Part shown: positions 56,891-64,000 of the stretch, piece by piece
Numbering within the stretch: position 1 is the first letter of the stretch
How the letters are laid out: every line of letters begins with the position of its first letter
IMG/VR virus record: IMGVR_UViG_3300047157_000171
Source of the DNA: a virus
Direction: 5' to 3' (one strand)
DNA: 64,000 nucleotides
Notes under the pieces: model-generated
Database searches by the model: none
What the model saw: the letters and a program-made list of their open reading frames with translations, nothing else
What the model was told of the DNA's origin: nothing
Position numbers and translations under genes: made by a program

Positions 56891-57442
56891 TTATTGTCTT
56901 ATCAGTAGGTCTATAAAGTGTTCTTTAAGGTCCATTCTTTCTTCTTCGGGGTAACTACACCACTGCCAAGTAATACTTGCTTTAATCGTATCTATTTCGG
57001 TCTGAACTTTCTTACAGTTTTTCTCTAAGGTGTCTAAATCTTTCTTATCAAATTCTTTCTCGATATCAATATCTAATTCGTCTGATAACATAACCAACTC
57101 CATTAGATTTAAATCTTCATATGCTTTGGCTGCTTTTGAAAATATCTTATTCATCTTTTCGTCCTTAATAACGTCAGGATGTGTTTTACGTGAGATATTA
57201 CGGTACAGTTCTTTTGCGATTTTAGAATTGTTCTTAGGTTTAACCTCTTCGTTAAGTTCATCGATTAGTTTTTGACCTTCAGCGGATGCCTTATCAATAC
57301 CATCATGATTAGACTCGTCCATTAGGGTATCTTTAAAGTCCTCCATAAATATTGCAGTATATTCTTCCTGTTGTGAAGTCACTTCGTCTAATTCTAATTG
57401 GAGGTATTTGTATTTAAACACCCATTTTTTTGTTGTATTCAT
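56891..57442 (-). CDS. J-domain-like protein
   Basis: KELYRNISRKTHPD...IFSKAAKAYE. Confidence 0.7.
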   Translation of the reverse strand: MNTTKKWVFKYKYLQLELDEVTSQQEEYTAIFMEDFKDTLMDESNHDGIDKASAEGQKLIDELNEEVKPKNNSKIAKELYRNISRKTHPDVIKDEKMNKIFSKAAKAYEDLNLMELVMLSDELDIDIEKEFDKKDLDTLEKNCKKVQTEIDTIKASITWQWCSYPEEERMDLKEHFIDLLIRQ

Positions 57443-57443
57443 A

Positions 57444-58421
57444 TTAAAATATAATAAGTTCTTTAGTTTTGTCTAACTGTTCCCATTGAAATTTATCAGG
57501 AGTATCAAAACCGTTAATATAGTAATCTTTATAAATTGGTGTAAAAAAATCTAACTTATCTTTCATTTGTTTAATTGATAGAGGAAAGACATCCATAACA
57601 CAACTATAAATATTTTTCATATCGTATTTCTCAGTACCAAATGAATTAATATTAAAACTTAATGGTGTGATTGAACTTTGATTAAAGTTAACACTTATTA
57701 AACATTCGTCCATCAATGAACTATTAACAATGTTCTTAGACATATACCTCAAATAAAGAGGTAGTATTCTATTTGGTGATAATGGGTCAGAACCAATGAA
57801 TTGATTATTGGTGGTTGGTAATTCGTGATAACTATGTAGTGTGTTATTATTAGTATAAAACTCACTATGGGTTGTGTATGTGTTTAAGATACTTACAGAA
57901 GGTTTCTCTAATTTTGGGTCGTCGAGTCTAACGATATTTAAAACATCTTTCTTAGACACACTCCTGTCGTTAGTCATAACAGTAATTGATACGACATTAC
58001 ATTCTTTCGTATCGTATGTTAATTGACAAATGTGCGAGTGACTTTTACTTAACCCGTCTACGATTTTTTGTGAGATGTGTTTACCAATAGGGTATGAGTT
58101 GACTACATTTTTTGTTGAGTAACCATAATAGTTACCATAATGTAGTGTGTCAGAATAAATTGGCGATTTTTGTTGAAAAAAATTAATCTCGGAGAACGTA
58201 TTAAATAACTCAAAATTATCTTGGAAAAGGTATGATTTCAAATCAATTAAGTTTGTAGTAGGAAGATAGATATTACAGTATTTACCAAATATTGAAGTAT
58301 TTATATTGTAAGGAAACAGATTGTTACACTCAATGAAGTAGTCCACAATAGATTCACTAATAATATTAGGAATAGATTGTTTAGTTTTAACCGAATAAGA
58401 CTTGTAATTTCTGTATCTCAC
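57444..58421 (-). CDS. Catalytically degenerate S-adenosylmethionine synthetase (MetK) homolog
   Basis: Collinear with MetK: QQKSP, GYST, GSDP...RYMSKNIV...DEC, FGTEK, PIYK, FQWEQLDK; GHPDK, GRK and GKD are absent. Confidence 0.75.
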   Translation of the reverse strand: MRYRNYKSYSVKTKQSIPNIISESIVDYFIECNNLFPYNINTSIFGKYCNIYLPTTNLIDLKSYLFQDNFELFNTFSEINFFQQKSPIYSDTLHYGNYYGYSTKNVVNSYPIGKHISQKIVDGLSKSHSHICQLTYDTKECNVVSITVMTNDRSVSKKDVLNIVRLDDPKLEKPSVSILNTYTTHSEFYTNNNTLHSYHELPTTNNQFIGSDPLSPNRILPLYLRYMSKNIVNSSLMDECLISVNFNQSSITPLSFNINSFGTEKYDMKNIYSCVMDVFPLSIKQMKDKLDFFTPIYKDYYINGFDTPDKFQWEQLDKTKELIIF

Positions 58422-58508
58422 TTTTTTTTTAATAAATGTATATAAATTATACTACATTATAAAGGAGGTGATATTTATAAAAGTATTAAAACAGTAAAAA
58501 GATAATAA

Positions 58509-61079
58509 ATGGCTAGGTATAGAAGGCTCACCACAACTACTACTTCAATCATTCAGGGCGTCCCGTCCACTATCGACACAATACAAGAATTAGCATCATT
58601 CGTAAATGAAAATGCTATTATTAATGTTGATGTAAACGGGTTAGACTTAGTAATTGACAGAAATAACGGAACACAAGACGTTATTGATTTAACTCCTATT
58701 GCTACAGGAGAGGTAAGTGCGGTATCTATAATAAGTGCTGGTTTAAATAACGGTACTTTAACACTAACCAAGTCAGACAACACAGAGTTTAGTGTTGATT
58801 TAAAACAACTACAATTCATCGTTACCCCTTCATTGGTTGGTAACGATTTAATATTTACAGATTCTTTAGGTTCTACAATTAGTATTGACCTAACTTCATT
58901 CGACCAAACAGTTTCAGTTAATTCGCTTTCTACACGTATTTCTTCAGAAGAAATCAGTAGAATCGCGGGGGATAACTCATTATCTGGTTCGATAAATTCA
59001 CTTTCAACGAGAATAGATAATAGTGGTTCTACGTATGACGATACTGCCGTGTATGGTGAGATATCTACGGTAAAAACGTCATTAGATAGTAGAATAAATG
59101 GTATTTCTATACCATCAGAATTTGATTCAAGTTCTTTAACCACTAGAGTTTCATCGGTAGAGAGTACGGTTAACGGAATCTCAATTCCTTCGGAGTTTGA
59201 TTCGAGTTCGTTAACAACAAGAATATCTTCAGTAGAGAGTACGGTTGATGGGATTTCAATTCCTTCGGAGTTTGATTCTTCTTCACTAACCAGTAGAATT
59301 TCTATTGAGGAGAGTGTTCGTACTGATGGTGATACATCGATTTCACAGTCGATTAATCAAAGGTTTAGTAATATAAGTGGTTCTATTTACGATGACACGT
59401 CATTAACAACAAGGGTATCATCAATAGAGAGTAGCGTTGACGGAATATCAGTACCTACAGATGTGTCTGATTTAACTGACAATGGAAGTCTTTTAAATGG
59501 TACGACATATGATGATACATCGATAGAGAGTAGGGTTAGTCTAACCGAAAGTGTTAATAGTTCTTTAGATTCAAGAATATCAACTGAAGAGTCTAATAGA
59601 ATATTATCTGATGTATCACAAAACACATCAATAGACCAAAGATTCACAAACCTTAGTAGTTCTACATATAATGATACGTCTTTAGTTACACGAGTATCTT
59701 CAGTGGAGAGTACAATCAATGGTATATCAATACCGTCTGAATTCGACCCTTCATCTTTAGAGGATAGAGTATCTGTGGAGAAAGTTGGTAGAATTGCTGG
59801 TGATAATTCATTAACAATTCGTGTTAGTCAGTTAGAAGTTGCTGACCCATCTATAGACAGTAGAATATCAACTGAAGAGTCATCTCGTATATCGGGTGAT
59901 ACTTCGATAGACCAAAGATTTAGTAATCTTAGTGGTTCTATATATAATGATACATCATTAGTAAGTAGGGTATCAACATTAGAGGATACGGTTGGTGGCA
60001 TATCTATACCATCAGAATTTGATTCGACATCACTTACAACGAGGTTATCGTCAGTAGAGAGTACGGTTAATGGTATTTCAATACCATCAGAATTTGATTC
60101 AAGTTCAATTGAGACACGTATCACAACAAACGATACTCATATAGCTTCTATTAATAATAGAGTATCAACCAAAGAAATTTTAATTAGTGATGTATCAACA
60201 GAGTTGGCGTCATTATCTATACCATCAGAATTTAATTCTTCGTCTTTAACAACGAGAATATCTGCGATGGAGATTGTTCATGATTTAGACGAACAATCAA
60301 TCAACACAAAAATATCGAGTAATAGTTCAACAATAGCTTCATTAGATAATAAGTTATCGTTAACTGAAACTAATTTTAGTTCGGATATATCATCATTAAC
60401 TAGTTTAATTGGTGGGTTACAAACTGTTGTTAACAGTCAACAATCTACAATAGTCTCATTAGGGGATAAAATTGAAGAATGTTGTGATGGTCCTGAACCG
60501 ACTACAACAACTACGACAACAGATAGTTCAACGACTACTACAACAACTGAGTCACCAACGACTACTACAACAACTGAGTCACCAACAACTACAACAACAA
60601 CGACTCAGAGTGGTACGACTACAACGACAACGACATTAAATAGTAGTAACTCTTATCTATTATATGCTGACGCTGGACCTGGTGCAGGACAAGTATTATA
60701 CAATTCGAGTAACCAACAATTTTATCCGTTCTTAGTACAAAATAGTCCAACAAATTTTAATGATTTTGTTACGGACAGACTTAACAATTCAAATAATATT
60801 ACTATATTTAGTCATGACGTATGTGCAGATAAAAACACCGTCACTTTTAGTTTGAATTTCCCAGGAAGTACAAACGGAGTACAGGCGTTCTACTTACATC
60901 CGTCGTCTCAAGGTACAATAGTTAATATACTTGATACAAATAATAATACTACCTATTCTGTGACACCAAGTAGTGGTCAATCGGTAACGATAGGTGGTGC
61001 TAACTATACCTTATATAGATGGTTACAACCACAACCAAATGGTTCGACTTTCTCAATAAAGGTAAATAATTGTTTATAA
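58509..61079 (+). CDS. Fibre-like virion protein with 25-aa repeats and a Thr-rich hinge
   Basis: TIDTIQELA motif; repeated GISIPSEFDSSSLTTRVSSVESTV; coiled coil; Thr tract; beta-rich C-terminus. Confidence 0.7.
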   Translation: MARYRRLTTTTTSIIQGVPSTIDTIQELASFVNENAIINVDVNGLDLVIDRNNGTQDVIDLTPIATGEVSAVSIISAGLNNGTLTLTKSDNTEFSVDLKQLQFIVTPSLVGNDLIFTDSLGSTISIDLTSFDQTVSVNSLSTRISSEEISRIAGDNSLSGSINSLSTRIDNSGSTYDDTAVYGEISTVKTSLDSRINGISIPSEFDSSSLTTRVSSVESTVNGISIPSEFDSSSLTTRISSVESTVDGISIPSEFDSSSLTSRISIEESVRTDGDTSISQSINQRFSNISGSIYDDTSLTTRVSSIESSVDGISVPTDVSDLTDNGSLLNGTTYDDTSIESRVSLTESVNSSLDSRISTEESNRILSDVSQNTSIDQRFTNLSSSTYNDTSLVTRVSSVESTINGISIPSEFDPSSLEDRVSVEKVGRIAGDNSLTIRVSQLEVADPSIDSRISTEESSRISGDTSIDQRFSNLSGSIYNDTSLVSRVSTLEDTVGGISIPSEFDSTSLTTRLSSVESTVNGISIPSEFDSSSIETRITTNDTHIASINNRVSTKEILISDVSTELASLSIPSEFNSSSLTTRISAMEIVHDLDEQSINTKISSNSSTIASLDNKLSLTETNFSSDISSLTSLIGGLQTVVNSQQSTIVSLGDKIEECCDGPEPTTTTTTTDSSTTTTTTESPTTTTTTESPTTTTTTTQSGTTTTTTTLNSSNSYLLYADAGPGAGQVLYNSSNQQFYPFLVQNSPTNFNDFVTDRLNNSNNITIFSHDVCADKNTVTFSLNFPGSTNGVQAFYLHPSSQGTIVNILDTNNNTTYSVTPSSGQSVTIGGANYTLYRWLQPQPNGSTFSIKVNNCL
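59100..60260 (+). repeat. Dispersed 75-nt/25-aa repeat (SIPSEFDSSSLTTR...)
   Basis: Three tandem units at about 59100-59300, with further units near 59720, 60000, 60075 and 60215. Confidence 0.9.
60500..60635 (+). repeat. Thr-rich tract (TTTTTTESP)n
   Basis: EPTTTTTTTDSSTTTTTTESPTTTTTTESPTTTTTTTQSGTTTTTTT. Confidence 0.9.
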
Positions 61080-61080
61080 T

Positions 61081-61962
61081 ATGGCTGACGAAATATTTCC
61101 AATTCAAGAAGGTGGTTTAACAGTGGGAGGACCTATCGTACCAGCATCTGAAGATGCTACGTACGGAACGCACTTCTCATATTTAGGTGTTGGTGGGTAT
61201 GTTGAAGTACCAACTGACGATTATAGAAATGGAATCCCTGTGGGTTCAAACATAAATGCTGACGGATATTCTTCAGGTAGAAGAAGATTCGGTATGATGG
61301 TTTATGTTATTGAGGATAATAAACTTTATAGACTATCACCTACAAAGGCCGATGGTAATAAGGTATCGTTATCTGATTGGGACAACGCAAGTGAAGCACA
61401 AAAGATTGTTTGGTTAGACCCTATGGCGTCTGCATTTGACTTCTCAACGTTCTCACAAATAACAGGGACACAAAATGATGATGATGCTTGGGAAGAGTTA
61501 GATTTCACGTCAGGTGGAAGTAATACAGATACTAAAGTGTCAGGTGCGACTCTAACGGGTTCAGTACTTTCAATAAAACAAAACAACGGAGAACCTAATA
61601 TCAATTTAGATTTATCAGGTTTAGACGACCGTTTTGTATATGCTGGTAGCTATAACGCTGGTCAACTAACGTTAAATATATCAGGTGCTGATGATGTGGT
61701 AGTTCCATTACAGGGATTAGTAAACACCATAGCAGATACGGCATCATTCGATGCTACAACAAATAAAATAGTATTCTCAAGTGATGGAGGAGGTAGTCTA
61801 TTTAGTGTAGACCTTTCAGCACTTAAGGATAACGAAGATAATTTAGTCGCTTCGGAAGCGGTCAACGGTGAGGTTGATGTCGTAACTGAAGAAGAACTAA
61901 CGCAGAGAATTAATGAAGATTTTTCTGATTATTTAGACGATAATCTTAATTCATTAATTTAA
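61081..61962 (+). CDS. Fibre-associated structural protein
   Basis: RRFGMMVYVIEDNKLYRL motif; beta-rich modules like those at the N-terminus of the 58509 ORF. Confidence 0.6.
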   Translation: MADEIFPIQEGGLTVGGPIVPASEDATYGTHFSYLGVGGYVEVPTDDYRNGIPVGSNINADGYSSGRRRFGMMVYVIEDNKLYRLSPTKADGNKVSLSDWDNASEAQKIVWLDPMASAFDFSTFSQITGTQNDDDAWEELDFTSGGSNTDTKVSGATLTGSVLSIKQNNGEPNINLDLSGLDDRFVYAGSYNAGQLTLNISGADDVVVPLQGLVNTIADTASFDATTNKIVFSSDGGGSLFSVDLSALKDNEDNLVASEAVNGEVDVVTEEELTQRINEDFSDYLDDNLNSLI

Positions 61963-62032
61963 TGTAAAACGAGATACTTACGACCGGTGGGTTGTATTTA
62001 TTAATAATAAACCATATATAAAAACAAACAAA

Positions 62033-64000
62033 ATGGCAAACACACAATTTCAAGATTTAGCATCACTTATTGCGGGTAAGTTGAATTTAATCATTGGTAA
62101 AGTAAACACCAACACATCAGGAAGGACTTCATTAGGAGTTGCAATTTCTGACGAGGCGGCTACACGTTTATCAAATGACAATTCAATCGTAGCATTAATC
62201 GACGCTAACGATGCAAAAGACGTATCATTAGAAACAAGAGTTTCAGGTGAAGAGGTCTTAAGAGCAAATGCTGACGGTTCTTTAACAACAAGAATCGGAG
62301 CGGAAGAAGTAGCAAGAGCGAGTGCTGATTTAGCGGCGTCTCAATCAGTTACTGCAAAATTAACATCAGTAGATTCAAGAGTAACTGCTGAGGAGTCTTC
62401 AAGAGTTATAGGTGACGCATCTGTAACAACTGCAATGACTAATAAAATTAATCAAGTTGAAGCGGATTCAATTTCTGCTGACGGTTCATTAGCAACTGCT
62501 ATCGGTAACGAGGCGACTGCTAGAGCAAACGCTGACGGTTCTTTAACAACAAGAGTATCGAACGAAGAAGTAGCAAGAGCAAACGGAGACGTTTCAATCG
62601 CGGCTTTACTTTCGACTGAGGTTGTTGACAGAACAAACGCAGATGCTGCTGAATACGCGGCTAGAGTAAATGCTGACAGTTCATTAAATTCTAAGATTTC
62701 TTCTGAAACTTCAGCAAGAGTATCGGCTATCACATCAGTAGACGCACAATTAGCGGGTGGTGTTGGTTCAATCGAAACAAGATTATCTGAAGAAGAAGTA
62801 GCATCAGCATCGTCTGACGCATCTATCGTTGTTGCTTACCAAGCGGCTGACGTATCTTTAACTTCAAGATTATCTTCTGAAGAAGTAGCAAGAGCAAACG
62901 GAGATTCTGCATTAGAAACTTCATTAAACTCTGAGATTTCTTCAAGAGCATCAGGTGATGTAGTATTAGATGGTAAAATCTCAACAGAAGTTGTAAGAGC
63001 AACTGCTGCTGAAGGTTCATTAAATACTAAAGTATCTGTTGAAACGGCAAGAGCAATCGGTGTTGAAGGTTCATTAGAAACAAGAATTTCTTCTGAAGAG
63101 GAAGCTACAGTATCTTTAGCTAACTCATTACAGGTTTACATGTCTGACGAAGTTGAGTCAATTGACGTAAGAGTATCAAACGAAGAATCGACATCAGCAT
63201 CAGCTGACGCATCTATCGTTGTTGCTTACCAAGCGGCTGACGGTGTATTAGAAACAAGAATTTCTAACGAGGAAATCGCAAGAGCTAACGGAGATTCTGC
63301 ATTAGAAACTTCATTAAACTCTGAAATCTCTTCAAGAGTATCAGGTGATTTATCGTTAAACAACAAAATTGATTCAGAAATTTCAACTGAGGTTATCGCA
63401 AGAGACTCGGCAATTACTGTAGCAATTAACGACTTAGTAGATGGAGCAGGTGATGCTTACAATACTTTAAGTGAGTTACAAGCAGAATTAGAAGGTAACG
63501 ATAGTGATATCGCAACTATCTTAACGGCACAAGGTTCTTTATCAACAAGAATCGGAGCTGAAGAGTCTGTATCTGCATCAGCTGACGCATCTATCGAACT
63601 TAGAGTTTCAACTTTAGAGAACGGTAATACATCAGCAGTAGATTCATTAGATGTAAGAGTAACGGCTGAAGAGTCAATCTCAATTTCATCTGACGCATCT
63701 TTAGAGACAAGAATCTCAAATGATGAAGACGCATTAGCAGCGGCGAAAGTTTCATTAGGAAACGCTGACGGTTCATTAGAAACAAGAATTTCTGAAGAAG
63801 AATCAGTACAAGCATCTGTAGAATCATCTTTAACTACAAGAGTTTCAAACGAAGAATCAACAAGATTGGCTAAAGACACTTCAATCGAGGTAGCTTACCA
63901 AGCGGCTGACACTTCATTAACGTCAAGAATTTCTGCTGAAGAAGTTTTAAGAGCGACAACAGACAACAACTTAGCAATCGCTATCGAAGATGAAGAATCA
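62033..64000 (+). CDS. Long coiled-coil fibre protein, truncated at the window end (not in the ORF track)
   Basis: ATG at 62033 (MANTQFQDLASL...), open to 64000; repeated SLETRISxEExARAxxD; GAGDAYNTLSEL motif. Confidence 0.85.
   Translation, partial: MANTQFQDLASLIAGKLNLIIGKVNTNTSGRTSLGVAISDEAATRLSNDNSIVALIDANDAKDVSLETRVSGEEVLRANADGSLTTRIGAEEVARASADLAASQSVTAKLTSVDSRVTAEESSRVIGDASVTTAMTNKINQVEADSISADGSLATAIGNEATARANADGSLTTRVSNEEVARANGDVSIAALLSTEVVDRTNADAAEYAARVNADSSLNSKISSETSARVSAITSVDAQLAGGVGSIETRLSEEEVASASSDASIVVAYQAADVSLTSRLSSEEVARANGDSALETSLNSEISSRASGDVVLDGKISTEVVRATAAEGSLNTKVSVETARAIGVEGSLETRISSEEEATVSLANSLQVYMSDEVESIDVRVSNEESTSASADASIVVAYQAADGVLETRISNEEIARANGDSALETSLNSEISSRVSGDLSLNNKIDSEISTEVIARDSAITVAINDLVDGAGDAYNTLSELQAELEGNDSDIATILTAQGSLSTRIGAEESVSASADASIELRVSTLENGNTSAVDSLDVRVTAEESISISSDASLETRISNDEDALAAAKVSLGNADGSLETRISEEESVQASVESSLTTRVSNEESTRLAKDTSIEVAYQAADTSLTSRISAEEVLRATTDNNLAIAIEDEES

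Noticed and set aside
57444-58421. Calling this ORF a functional metK or a pseudogene
   Set aside because: Catalytic motifs are missing, but the 325-aa frame is uninterrupted, which fits a pseudoenzyme better
61979-61996. Short hairpin tacgacc-ggtg-ggttgta
   Set aside because: Weak stem with G-U pairs and no clear U tract; not called as a terminator
58553-63879. Minus-strand ORFs over the fibre genes
   Set aside because: Antisense shadows of Ser/Thr/Ala-rich repeats
1-64000. Giant eukaryotic virus (NCLDV) origin, suggested by the PLOD, GNA1 and SERGT-like genes
   Set aside because: Sigma-70, peptidoglycan amidase, bacterial promoters and terminators, and tail/baseplate genes indicate a bacteriophage
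1-64000. Stop-codon reassignment
   Set aside because: Genes are full length and tightly packed under the standard code, and TAA, TAG and TGA all end genes
1-64000. tRNA/rRNA genes and collagen Gly-X-Y repeats
   Set aside because: None recognised by eye; intergenic gaps are short. tRNAscan-SE was not run

Overview
This is a low-GC, gene-dense, almost entirely plus-strand segment of a large (jumbo-type) tailed dsDNA phage genome. The host is probably a Bacteroidota bacterium: TTTG-N19-21-TAnnTTTG promoters recur, there are no Shine-Dalgarno motifs, and the phage encodes a short Bacteroidota-type sigma-70 and an Hc1-like protein. Layout: tail/baseplate genes with mucin-like Thr tracts (1-12.1 kb); seven glycosyltransferase-like genes (12.2-20.1 kb); a tail-collar-like gene; RuvC, primase and Mre11; an endolysin; host-promoter-driven accessory cassettes; Rad50, ClpP and sigma; hypothetical late genes; DnaJ, a Dam-type methylase, a nuclease and thioredoxins; and fibre-like coiled-coil genes running off the right end. 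Three standout observations: (1) an apparent phage protein O-glycosylation system, with a plant SERGT1/HPAT-like transferase directly behind the Thr-rich virion genes; (2) an animal-type collagen lysyl hydroxylase/glycosyltransferase (PLOD) split into two genes 26 kb apart, plus a COLGALT-like GT25; (3) a full-length S-adenosylmethionine synthetase (MetK) homolog that has lost its catalytic motifs, in a minus-strand pair with a J-domain gene. I saw no tRNA, rRNA or CRISPR array. All homology calls come from motif recognition by eye, not from database searches.
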